A stretch of DNA of 59,600 bases, the filler included, from Stramenopiles sp. TOSAG23-2 (lineage: Eukaryota): assembly GCA_900128395.1 (NCBI GenBank). It is 3 parts of 3 records of this genome, joined end to end, with 100 filler letters (N's around TTAATTAATTAA, not from the genome) between each part and the next. Parts side by side here need not be neighbours in the genome. Positions count along the whole stretch, not along the records: positions 19,956 to 39,751 come from LT649574.1; positions 39,852 to 59,600 come from LT649575.1; 1 more part is not named here. The stretch is one strand, 5' to 3'. Within the stretch, counting starts at the first letter, position 1. Each line of letters starts with the position of its first letter. The position numbers and the translations under genes are program-made. Shown here piece by piece: positions 31,383 through 41,833 of the stretch. The notes beneath the pieces are model-generated. The model had not been told where the DNA came from, ran no database searches, and worked only from the letters and a program-made list of their open reading frames with translations.

Positions 31383-31684
31383 GGCAGATTATTAAATCGG
31401 AGCCAATGAGACCGAAATCAATGGGACCCAAATTTTATCAAAAAATGAATTTCAAAAAAGGATTTTGTGATTTCATTTTTTAAAAATAAATTACTAGATA
31501 GATATGCCATTTCACAAAATAATAATCGGATATTTGTATTTTAATAATATCAATAATCGGCATTTTTTGATCCAATTTCGTTCCCATTGATTTCGTTCCC
31601 ATTGAACCCTACTCTCCAACTCTATTCTAATGCTATTCCTATCCTAATATTTTCGGTCCCATTGGCTCCGATTTAGAATCTACC
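31383..31684. mobile_element. MITE-like non-autonomous element (~300 bp) with ~34-bp terminal inverted repeats
   Basis: 31383-31417 (GGCAGATTATTAAATCGGAGCCAATGAGACCGAAA) versus the reverse complement of 31651-31684 (GGTAGATTCTAAATCGGAGCCAATGGGACCGAAA). Internal copies of CAATGGG-based repeats. No ORF. Confidence 0.65.
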
Positions 31685-32353
31685 TAAGGCAGGCCCGGCA
31701 GGGAGACGCAGACTAATTCTCGCCTGTTTTTATTAATACTTAGACGACATTGCAAGCGAAGCGTATGTGACATAGTCTACTGTATGTTATCATATAGACG
31801 ACTACGTATTAGCAAGCTGCTGAAAAGCTGAAAAGGCTGTGGTTTTTTGCTCGATGCTATGTCTATGTAAACAACCGTTTAATATAATATTTATAGTCCT
31901 ATTAAGCATATTAAACTTTTTGACAAATATTATAAGACCCTATACAAAAGTGGTATAAGATATTCCCATTATAATAATTAAATACACATTAGTTTGTATT
32001 AACATATTAAGTGAGGGTATATAAATTAAAACAAAATTTGAACATGTTTGTTTCATCATGAACACTTTGCAAAAATAAATCGAGGATATTATTACCAGAT
32101 TACCAAATTCAAATTTCTAGGGAGGAAAATAATTTCTTAGTCTAGCATCATTCATACTAAGACACCAGACTTTAATTTGAAATTTCAATAATAATAGTAG
32201 TAGTCCAGACTATATTATTTTTATATATACTTATGTAAACTTTTATATCAATATGACAAACATTGCAACTATTGCTTCCTCTGCATCACGATTGCATCAA
32301 GTGAATTTCTTATACAAGCTTAGTAACAAGTATCAAATAAGATATTCAGCAAA

Positions 32354-35300
32354 ATGGAACCTCAAATGTGGCAAAATCCGTTTGTGAATATTTTTAAAAA
32401 TGTTCGCATTGGACACGACAATAACGACAATAAAAAGATTAAAAAGGAAGGTGAAGTGAAATATACATTAGACGAAACTGTACGTTTTTGGGCTTTAAAG
32501 TTGAAAGGGCATGTATCAGCAAAAAATACTGCTACTATTCCACCATCAAGAAAGGAATCTTTGGATTTGCATGGGCGGTTTATGTATGTTCAATTAAGAG
32601 CTGAACCACCAAAAATATTCGTATTACACGTTGCAGTGAATACGACTAAACGTAATGTTGTTCGTTTTAGCATTAGTAATATGCATAAGGAACATAAAAT
32701 CAAAGGCAACGCCGTTGAATTGCCATGCTTATTGACGCAAAAATGGACTGTTTTGGCATTGGATCTACCATTTCTCTTGCAAAAGTACGGCGCAGATGGC
32801 TATGACGAGACATCTTTTTTAAGTACACGAAGTATACAAATGTGTTCTACTTTAAACGTACGTAATATATTTACAAGTGACAATATATATAGACCTGATT
32901 TTATGGAACCGGAAATGGCATTGAAACTACCAAAAGGTGTTGGTTGGCATACTCGTTATCGTTGGAATTGGGTGCCGGGTCCACCATCGCCAGAAGATAT
33001 GAAGCAGAACGATGGTGTCTTGAGAGAGAAAAAGCAAGTGCAACCAAATATCAAAGTATCTGTCACACCAAGTAAGAAAAACAGTTCAAGCAGACGTAGT
33101 CCAAATATTGATGGAGAATATAGCAGACGCCATTTCTCCACAAACAGTATTTTACGCGAGGAACTAGGAGGTAGCAGTACCAACAATGGAACTCCTATAT
33201 CATCTGCAAAAGCGGCATTGGAACGTGCAGCAACCGTGCTTGAGCGTGAGGGCAAAAGCGTTGGCAATGAAAGGCGTAGGCAAAGAGGTTTCTCGCCACC
33301 GTCGCCACCAGCAATGGAAGATATGGCGAATACATTAAGCAAAGAACTTGCAAAAGATCGTGAGCAGACTCTAGATTTTGCAATGTCAACAATGGCAAAA
33401 GCTGGAATCGAGACGTCTGGTATTGATGATAATGGAAACAATTCCGTATCGTTAATTGAGAAAATTTCCTCCAACGTCGACAATGGGAGCACCTTCGAGA
33501 CTAGTAAAATGGAACGTGCTGAATTTTCAACGACGTTAATTCCATCTGAAAAGATGGGTGGTGGATTTTCATTAAGACCTGATCCTATAATGGAATTAGA
33601 AGCAGTTGTTGGATTCCGTGGGACATATGCCAACACGCTTATCTGGTCAACTGGCGGTCAAGTCTGTATATTTCCTAGCAATACCGTTATTGTTATGATG
33701 AGCCACGATGTTTCAAGTAACAATAGCAGTAACCTAGTAAATGCGGACGATAAGACAACGAAAATTTCAAAAAGCCGTGGCAATGGTGATAAGAGACCAA
33801 CACAACATTTGTTGTTTGGACACAACGAAGAAATTTGCGCAATTGCAAATTCAAAAAGTGGACGCTTGCTTGCATCTGCTCAAGAGGGTAAATTTCCAAT
33901 GATACGCTTGTGGCGAGTTAAACTGTCAGATGGAAACCCTGTCGGTGCATCATGCGCAGCTATTTTGACCGCTCATGCTAGTGGACTAGCTTCTTTAAGT
34001 TTTTCACCAGATGACAAGTTATTGTGCGCTGTTGGTAAGGATGTACATCGACGAATACAAATTATAGTATGGGATGTAACAAGAGCATTAGATGACAATC
34101 GTGCAGCAAATTCTCCTGGTGCACCTTATCCAATCGTTGCCCGACAAATAAGCGAGTTTGATGTTCGCAGGATTAAATTTTCCCCATATGAGGAAAACAA
34201 TTTAGTTTCTGTTGGTAGGGAAAACATACGTTTCTGGAGAATACGAAAAGGTCATTTGCGTGGTTGCCCAGTTGTCTTGAATGAATATGCAAGAGGCACA
34301 GTTTTCACTGATGTGGCATATGAAAGTGCATATGGGCCTCGTCCGTTAGAAGGAGTAGAACAAAAGCGTATATTTGCATCAACAATGGATGGAACTGTGG
34401 TACAGGTAAATTATCAAACAAAATTGATGGAGTGCGTATATCGTTTGCACGATGCTGCGATTCATAGTATAGCAGTAAATGAAGGTTTTTGTGTCACAGG
34501 TAGTGAAGATAAATACTTGCGAGTGTGGCCATTGGACTTTTCAGATTACTTTTTAGAAGCGCAACATGAAGGCCCAGTCCAAAGTGTTGATGTTTCACCG
34601 GATGGCTTAAAGCTTGTTGTGGGTACAAGTAGTGGAACTTTGGGTGTACTTGATGTATCCAGCCACAACTATCATACATTGTTGCGAAGCCATACGGACA
34701 AGATTCATGCATGTGCTTTAGATCCATCTGATTTAAGAGAGGAATTCGGTACAGTATCTGCCGATGGGACCATCCGTTTTTGGTCTCTCAATACGCTGGA
34801 ACAATTGTATGAATTTGCTGCTCCACAGGAAGGTTCGAGATGTATCGCCTATCAACCAACGCCTAAAAACTCTGATATAGATGTACATCGTGTTGCATGT
34901 GGTTTTGATAGTGGGTGTGTGCGCATATTTGATGTTCCGACGACAACGATGCCACATGAGTATCAACAACATCGCGGGCCAGTTGTAGAGATCTTGTTTG
35001 ATCCTGTTAACGGTGAACGTTTATATAGTGCAGGTTTAGACGGACATATCTGTGTATACGATGTAACTCGTGGATACCAACCAGTGAAGATGATAGCTAG
35101 TGATTATAGCTCCAATCATGTATGTATGTGCATTAGCCCAGATGGCAATTTATTGGCATCTGTTGGGCCTGATCCGTCATGTGCAATTATTTTTAGTGCA
35201 GAATCGCTACATCCGTTGCGTAAATTGAGAAGAGCAAAAAGGGGCGTTACGACGACATTGGCATACGATAAGGAAAAGGATGGCAAACCTCTTGAAGAAA

Positions 35301-38300
35301 AAAATACGTCTGCTTTCCGTACGATTAGTTTCAATGGTGATGGTACCGAATTAATTGCTGCAACGACGGATCATAGAATTGCGCGTTACGATGTTAGTAC
35401 TGGAAGTTTGCTAAAAGAAACAAACCCTGTACATCGTGGTACTGTAAATGCCATTGATATTTCGCCATCAGGTGCTTATATTATCACAGCAGGTGATGAT
35501 AGAATGTTACGGGTATGGGATAGCAAGATTCGAGGTCCATCACCACCACCATTTCAATCGTTTATTGGCCATGCTTCATCCATATCGTCATTAAAGTTTA
35601 CACGTACGTTGGATGGTAACATTAACGTAGTCAGTGTTGGTGCTGGAAATGGTATTTTCATATGGAAATTTTATGGTGTGGAAGAACTGTTAGCCGACAC
35701 TGAAGATGAAAGTTCTAATGATAATCTTATTAATGAAAGCAGTATTGGATCTTCGTACGCTGCCCATCGAACGAAGCGTTTGCCATCACCGGCAAAGCAA
35801 CAACAGGAAAAATTTGTTAGTGATGATGAAGAAGAAGAGGGTGTTCATGAGATGTCTGATCCTGAAGATAACGCTTACACTGAGCTTGGTCCTGGTCGAA
35901 TCGAACGATTGTTTAAATCTGGACTGGCAACTATGATCAACACTTGCCAACAAAAAGGCCAAATGGTTCACAAATTTATCAGTAGGTTACAAAATATATT
36001 CACCGATATCGATACTCTTAATGATGGAACATTGAGTACAAGTGAGCTTTCCGAGACCCTTTCAATTATGAGAGTTGGTATCAGTCAATTGCAATTAGAC
36101 GCTATGATTGTATGTCTTGATCCGGGCGATAGTGGCCGTGTTGATTATGAAGTCTTTATTGATAATTTGCGCGCCGTTGCAGCATTGCAAGCTCGTTCAC
36201 GTGATGAATTTTCTAAAATATTACAAGAAGCTGGCAACATTGCTGTTGAAAATTTGCAAAGTGGTACGAAAATCAGCCCATTGCGAGCCGGTAGAAAGAC
36301 TGGTGATAACGACAGAGCTGTATCTTCTTCCTTTGCAGGGAAAAAGAAAACATCTTCAATCGCAAGTGTTGCAAATGCACTTGGGGTGGAAGAAAGCAGC
36401 TCTGGGATAGAATTACAATCGATACTTGGCTACACTGGTTGCGGGTTAATATCATCGAACAAGAATGTCTTGTGGCATCCAGATTCTGGACTTTTTGGGT
36501 TTGTTACGGGGCAAGCAATTGTTCTTGAAGATTTGAAAGGTAGCGGTTCTGAAGATGCAAATGGCATGGAAGAAGAAACGACAGGTGCTGAGCAGAAAAT
36601 TTTAAGCGGTTCAAAAGAAGAGATTAGCTTAACAGCGGTATCTTCAGATGGTAGATATGTTGCTGGGGCAGAATATTGCCGCGGGGAAACTGGTAGCGTA
36701 TATGTATGGAGCTCTCATGGGAACTTGTTGCACACATTTAGACATGAGCAAGGTACTATTCAAGTTTTGCAATTTGATCCTTCAAGTAAATGCTTAGTAA
36801 CCATAGGAAGGTACATAACTGATAAAGTGGTGATATGGGATATAGCGAGTGGAACTGAATTATGCGCATACCAGTTAGCACCAGGGGCATCACCGATCCA
36901 AGCTGCGAAAATGCTATCGTCCGGTAGTAGCGTGAATCTCAACGGTGCGGCTTTTAAATTTTTAACCATTGGACAGCGCAGTATAAAAGAATGGACATTT
37001 TATGAATCTCCTGAGTATGGATTAACCGTTTTCAATGCGATGGATTTACCAGCAAGTCACAACGCATATCCAGAATATTTAACTGCAATTGATTGCCGTC
37101 CAAGTGCACATCACGATAAAGATAATTTAGTGGCTGTTGGAGGTAGTGCCGGCACTGTATGGTTGTTTAGGACGAGCATTAATTTACTTGATGATGAAAG
37201 CTCATCGTTGAAATTTAAATTAGAAGGGAAATTCCCAGCACTAGATGGCAGTATTGAACATATACAATGGAGGTCAAATGTAAGTGCAATCGTTGTTGGT
37301 GGTGTCTCCAACAAAGTTAAATTAATTGGTTTAGGTGTAGATGCACAATCGTCGCCTAAAACGTTGCTAACAACAGTTTTGGATGGAAGTGTAAAATCTA
37401 TGACTTGGGAGCCAAATTTAAAAGATGGTATTATTGGAACTGATGCTGGGTCTATTTGGTACATCAGTCATAGCCATGGAAATTCATTATCATCATCGTT
37501 AGTACGTAGTCATACATCCAATGTAATCCAAGTTAAAAGTGGAAGCGGTGCGAATGGCTTACTAGCTTCCGCTGGTGGAAAGGATGGTACTATTCGCGTG
37601 TGGCATGTTGAGTTAATGCAACATTTACTGACGTTGGATGCACCACCATCAGCTGGGGAATGTGACACATTAGCCTTTTCATCGACAGCTGGTGCTGATA
37701 ATAATCTAATTGCTGGTGGATTTGAAGACGGGTCATTATGGAAGTATGATATATCCTCCGTCATTGCTGGTGGTGGTAAAGGTATCAAAGTTTTACATAC
37801 AGACGTTACACCAGCTGTAAAGGTAAACGCGCATCAATCAAGCGTAACAGCTACAACATTCATGATGGTGGAAGATACGTTAATAATTGTTTCTGGAAGT
37901 AGTGCTGGTGAACTTTCAATACATGATGGTAGATTTATTAAAAACAATAAAGATGGTTCATCGACAGCAAGACCATCTGTTAATTTAAATTCTCCGCATA
38001 GTGGTAATAAAATCTTATCAATTGAAACATCACCATTTGATCCTACTATGTTTTTAGTAAGCAGTGATAATAGTTGTTTAAGCGTCTGGAAAGTTTCTGT
38101 CAGTGGTAGTGGAAATAATGCAACTGTGGAAAGCGAACAAGTAGCATGTAGTATGGTAGATGTCAAAAGTGAAGCAGAAGAAGAAGGGATTGTTGAAGAA
38201 ACTGGTCAGATGGCACCAGCATTTGCAACATTCTCACCTGTTGATAGCGATTTAATCATAATGTTAGGTGGTAGAAATCCATGTAAAATAATATTTTGGC

Positions 38301-38578
38301 AATTTGAAAACTCATTAGCCATGAGAACGATAGATTTAGATTTTATGCAATTTCCAACCAGTTTGTGTGCTAGGACCAATACACAAACTGGTTCTCATTT
38401 TATAGCTATTGGTTGTAGAGCTGGAAATTTATTATTTATGGATTATCATAGTGGTGAAATTGCGAAATGTGATGATGGAATACATGGCGATTCCGTTCGT
38501 GGCATATGTTTCTTGGAAGGAGTAAATAGATTAGTAACTGCTAGTCAAAATAATTTACATATGTGGAAATTTATATAA
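32354..38578 (+). CDS. WDR90: WDR90/POC16 centriolar protein: CFA20 (DUF667) domain plus multiple WD40 propellers, with an EF-hand insert
   Basis: MWQNPFVNIFK, LDLHGRFMYVQL, VRNIFTSDNIY, LRPDPIMELEAVVGF, IRFWRIRKGHL, LRVWPLDFSDYFLEAQHEG, LLRSHTD, QSFIGH. Confidence 0.92.
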   Translation: MEPQMWQNPFVNIFKNVRIGHDNNDNKKIKKEGEVKYTLDETVRFWALKLKGHVSAKNTATIPPSRKESLDLHGRFMYVQLRAEPPKIFVLHVAVNTTKRNVVRFSISNMHKEHKIKGNAVELPCLLTQKWTVLALDLPFLLQKYGADGYDETSFLSTRSIQMCSTLNVRNIFTSDNIYRPDFMEPEMALKLPKGVGWHTRYRWNWVPGPPSPEDMKQNDGVLREKKQVQPNIKVSVTPSKKNSSSRRSPNIDGEYSRRHFSTNSILREELGGSSTNNGTPISSAKAALERAATVLEREGKSVGNERRRQRGFSPPSPPAMEDMANTLSKELAKDREQTLDFAMSTMAKAGIETSGIDDNGNNSVSLIEKISSNVDNGSTFETSKMERAEFSTTLIPSEKMGGGFSLRPDPIMELEAVVGFRGTYANTLIWSTGGQVCIFPSNTVIVMMSHDVSSNNSSNLVNADDKTTKISKSRGNGDKRPTQHLLFGHNEEICAIANSKSGRLLASAQEGKFPMIRLWRVKLSDGNPVGASCAAILTAHASGLASLSFSPDDKLLCAVGKDVHRRIQIIVWDVTRALDDNRAANSPGAPYPIVARQISEFDVRRIKFSPYEENNLVSVGRENIRFWRIRKGHLRGCPVVLNEYARGTVFTDVAYESAYGPRPLEGVEQKRIFASTMDGTVVQVNYQTKLMECVYRLHDAAIHSIAVNEGFCVTGSEDKYLRVWPLDFSDYFLEAQHEGPVQSVDVSPDGLKLVVGTSSGTLGVLDVSSHNYHTLLRSHTDKIHACALDPSDLREEFGTVSADGTIRFWSLNTLEQLYEFAAPQEGSRCIAYQPTPKNSDIDVHRVACGFDSGCVRIFDVPTTTMPHEYQQHRGPVVEILFDPVNGERLYSAGLDGHICVYDVTRGYQPVKMIASDYSSNHVCMCISPDGNLLASVGPDPSCAIIFSAESLHPLRKLRRAKRGVTTTLAYDKEKDGKPLEEKNTSAFRTISFNGDGTELIAATTDHRIARYDVSTGSLLKETNPVHRGTVNAIDISPSGAYIITAGDDRMLRVWDSKIRGPSPPPFQSFIGHASSISSLKFTRTLDGNINVVSVGAGNGIFIWKFYGVEELLADTEDESSNDNLINESSIGSSYAAHRTKRLPSPAKQQQEKFVSDDEEEEGVHEMSDPEDNAYTELGPGRIERLFKSGLATMINTCQQKGQMVHKFISRLQNIFTDIDTLNDGTLSTSELSETLSIMRVGISQLQLDAMIVCLDPGDSGRVDYEVFIDNLRAVAALQARSRDEFSKILQEAGNIAVENLQSGTKISPLRAGRKTGDNDRAVSSSFAGKKKTSSIASVANALGVEESSSGIELQSILGYTGCGLISSNKNVLWHPDSGLFGFVTGQAIVLEDLKGSGSEDANGMEEETTGAEQKILSGSKEEISLTAVSSDGRYVAGAEYCRGETGSVYVWSSHGNLLHTFRHEQGTIQVLQFDPSSKCLVTIGRYITDKVVIWDIASGTELCAYQLAPGASPIQAAKMLSSGSSVNLNGAAFKFLTIGQRSIKEWTFYESPEYGLTVFNAMDLPASHNAYPEYLTAIDCRPSAHHDKDNLVAVGGSAGTVWLFRTSINLLDDESSSLKFKLEGKFPALDGSIEHIQWRSNVSAIVVGGVSNKVKLIGLGVDAQSSPKTLLTTVLDGSVKSMTWEPNLKDGIIGTDAGSIWYISHSHGNSLSSSLVRSHTSNVIQVKSGSGANGLLASAGGKDGTIRVWHVELMQHLLTLDAPPSAGECDTLAFSSTAGADNNLIAGGFEDGSLWKYDISSVIAGGGKGIKVLHTDVTPAVKVNAHQSSVTATTFMMVEDTLIIVSGSSAGELSIHDGRFIKNNKDGSSTARPSVNLNSPHSGNKILSIETSPFDPTMFLVSSDNSCLSVWKVSVSGSGNNATVESEQVACSMVDVKSEAEEEGIVEETGQMAPAFATFSPVDSDLIIMLGGRNPCKIIFWQFENSLAMRTIDLDFMQFPTSLCARTNTQTGSHFIAIGCRAGNLLFMDYHSGEIAKCDDGIHGDSVRGICFLEGVNRLVTASQNNLHMWKFI

Positions 38579-39751
38579 AATTGCGACGAGAGTATGTGTT
38601 AGGAAAAATTTTTTACGTATTTGAAAGTATCATACGAAGTATGATATATGGGTGCGTTCGTACATTTATAATATCAATATGATATATTAATATTATACGT
38701 CCAGCCCGTTCAACGAGTGCAGGAAGGATAGAAACCTACTCAATGCTTGTGGAGTATTAGTTTGCAGACGTGCATTAGAGCTTCACTAAAGTAGGATATA
38801 GAATATTTATTCTCGAGATTGAGTATTGAGCATATATGTATATATTATTTATCATGAGACATGAGAAGTAAAACTATTAATAACTTAGATTTTAATCAAT
38901 ATTTAATATTATACTCGGTATATTTTTATGTGATAAATGTGATATGATATGATAATGTGTGCGTTTAAAAACTATCTCACATATACGCGTATATATATAT
39001 ATACGAGTATCATAAAAATGATATGATACGTACGAGTAAATCATATGCATATATATTTAAATTATAAATAAGAGAATTTTTTATATATATATAATATTAA
39101 TATATGATCTTTTAACCTATGATAATATATATTTAAATAAGAGATTTTTTTATATATAATATATGATTAGATAGATTATTTCAGTTATTTTATTCTTTTG
39201 AAGAGTAGGAATTATCATGAGTAAATTAAAAATAAATTATGCGTAAATTAAATTAATATATTTGATAACTTTTAGATTTTAACACTTCCATCATATTATT
39301 AGAATTTTAAATTTTTTAAAAAATAATATGATAATACGACGTATACATATATATCATATTTAATACATATATCATACGTCGTATATGAGATATCATATAT
39401 ATGATATGATTATAATAAAAAATCAAACGCACACATAAATTTTTCGTATCACATTTATATGATTATATATATATATGTATTATAATAATACGAAGTACGT
39501 ATCATATACGAAGTATGTACATAAATATCTCAGTATATTATACGAACGATTCGTATCACATTACGAACGTACATCATCATATATATTCATGAAGAGTAGG
39601 AATTATCATGAGTAAATTAAAAATAAATTATGCGTAAATTAAATTAATATATGATTACCTTTTTAAAAGCAATCGCTAAAACAAAGTTTGCAAAGATCTC
39701 GAACAAAGCCGAAGTAAAGGAGCTCGCAGCTTCCAATTGGATTTCTACTAC

Positions 39752-39851
39752 NNNNNNNNNNNNNNNNNNNNNNNNNNNNNNNNNNNNNNNNNNNNTTAAT
39801 TAATTAANNNNNNNNNNNNNNNNNNNNNNNNNNNNNNNNNNNNNNNNNNNN
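39752..39851. other. Artificial contig-joining linker (N44-TTAATTAATTAA-N44)
   Basis: Same 100-nt cassette as 19856-19955. Confidence 0.97.
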
Positions 39852-41099
39852 CCCCATGTAACGCTTTGCTAAGGTGGGTTGCTACACTATCATGTAAGAG
39901 GTTTTGTAATATAAATATTTACGATTCATTGTCCATCTTTATTGCCAAAGTTCCTAGCTTTCCAGCTTTCCAGCTTTCTATAGAATAATATATTGTACGA
40001 GTACACACTACATCACCAGTACACCATTGCATCCAACGTGGCTACAAAATGTGACGGTAACTTTTACGATAGCTTGGTTATCCGTGTCATTATTCTTGTT
40101 ACTATCGCTTGTATCCTTGTTATTGTTACTTTTCTTGTTATTACCGCTGCCACTTTTGTCGTGTACAACATTGTCATCGTAACTGGTCAGCTGCACCTCT
40201 TTTGCAGTGACCGATTCCTGCATTGTTAAGTAGTAGAAAACTACAAATACTGTTTTGTTCTGGATTTAGTTTACTAGCGTTTTAAATTAAGTCTTTAATA
40301 GATTCGATTATGCCGTTTTCGGTTTTTGTTTTTAGTTCTAGTTCTTGTTCCTGTCTATGAATATGGAATACGTAGCAATTCATATTTAAATTAAATGTTT
40401 TGATACTATAATTAACGCGTTCCATTTAGATTTCAATAATAGTATTTAAGAATTAAGAAGATATTTGATATTTATTATTATTTAAGAAGGAAGTAGGCAA
40501 AACAATTACAAGAGTAATGCTGTTGCGATAACGCCCTAAAACAATGCTATTACGGGCTAGGATTGTTTTTTTTTTGTTTTTTTTGTTTTTTTTGCATCCT
40601 TGGATAGGTTACTTTTGCGCCATAAAGTCTATAAAGATTCTTCGGAAAATGTAAGATCAAACAATAGGGTTTGAGAATAAAAAGTCCAAAACGTAAGATC
40701 ATAATTAGAATAATCTAAGTGCAATTTTAAGTATAATTTTCCCCTCGTTGATAGATCTTACATTTTCGTTTTCTTGAGTTTGATGAAGATATCAATAAGT
40801 AGAATAAGGAAGGTAATAGTATACAAAAAAGCCTAATTTAGTACAAAGTTAGATATACTAAATACTATATTACACCTATTAAAGATAACAATGATACAAT
40901 GATACGATGATACGTCTCTATATCCTCTATCTTCTATGCTATGCTATATCCATCTATATGATATAATAGTAATGTAGTAAATTGATACATTACAATGCTA
41001 TGTAGTGTATTCCGATATTATAGCATGATCATAGCATTATCGCTTTTGAGATGTCTCGATTTTAACTAGGTATATATTAGTATCCTAACAACTACAAAT

Positions 41100-41335
41100 G
41101 TACACGAATACAAAACTTTCTTTTTTTTGAATTTTGACAAATTTTAACTGAATTTACAGTAAATATTGTTAATAATGGTAATAGTATAATTTATATATAT
41201 TTATTTTGTTTTAATAAGTACACGAATACAAAACTTTCTTTTTTTTGAATTTTGACAAATTTTAACTGAATTTACAGTAAATATTGTTAATAATGGTAAT
41301 AGTATAATTTATATATATTTATTTTGTTTTAATAA
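41100..41335. repeat. 118-bp tandem duplication
   Basis: GTACACGAATACAAAAC... starts at 41100 and again at 41218. Confidence 0.9.
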
Positions 41336-41486
41336 AATCGCTTGTATTAAACACTATTCCTATACTAAAGGGGTAAAAAAAACAAATTAAAAATTAAAAA
41401 TAAACATTTTAATATACCATTATTAACACAATTTACTGTAACAATCATGAGATAAACCAGGATATATCGTTTGGATGAACATTTTA

Positions 41487-41583
41487 TTTGTCAGGAGATG
41501 ATTTTATTAAGTACAACTCATATTTACATTTAACATATACACAGAGTCTATTATCTTAGTATACGCAAAAACATACCTACCAA
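41487..41583. repeat. Dispersed ~100-bp repeat, copy 1 (copy 2 at ~59333-59429)
   Basis: TTTGTCAGGAGATGATTTTATTAAGTACAACT.ATATTTACATTTAACATATACACAGA is shared in the same orientation. Confidence 0.85.
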
Positions 41584-41833
41584 TATTGTAGTATTGGAAT
41601 AGCATTGAATAGTGGGGGAATAGCATTAATAATTAAAAATCCAAAAAATAAAAAATAAAAATCATTAAACAAAATATTTACACTCGTTCGAACGTGTGAT
41701 AGAGAGAAGGGAAACCGAAAATATTTCAAAAACATAATTATCATTTTTCTTTTTCTTGTGTGTGGTTTTTCTATATATATACAGTGTCACAATATAATTG
41801 TCTAATCATTATATAAATCGTATATATTAAACA

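Noticed and set aside
32956-33636. Long antisense ORFs (also 438-905, 18203-18751, 43108-43767, 53528-54115)
   Set aside because: They are shadows of real genes on the opposite strand and carry no independent motifs.
38600-39660. AT-rich region with a 63-bp direct repeat (39199 / 39590) as a CRISPR array or origin
   Set aside because: Only two copies, no regular spacers, eukaryotic context, and close to a contig end where assembly artefacts are common.
40008-40223. 71-aa minus-strand ORF near the contig start
   Set aside because: Low complexity with no recognisable domain. It could be an exon of a truncated gene, but I cannot support that.
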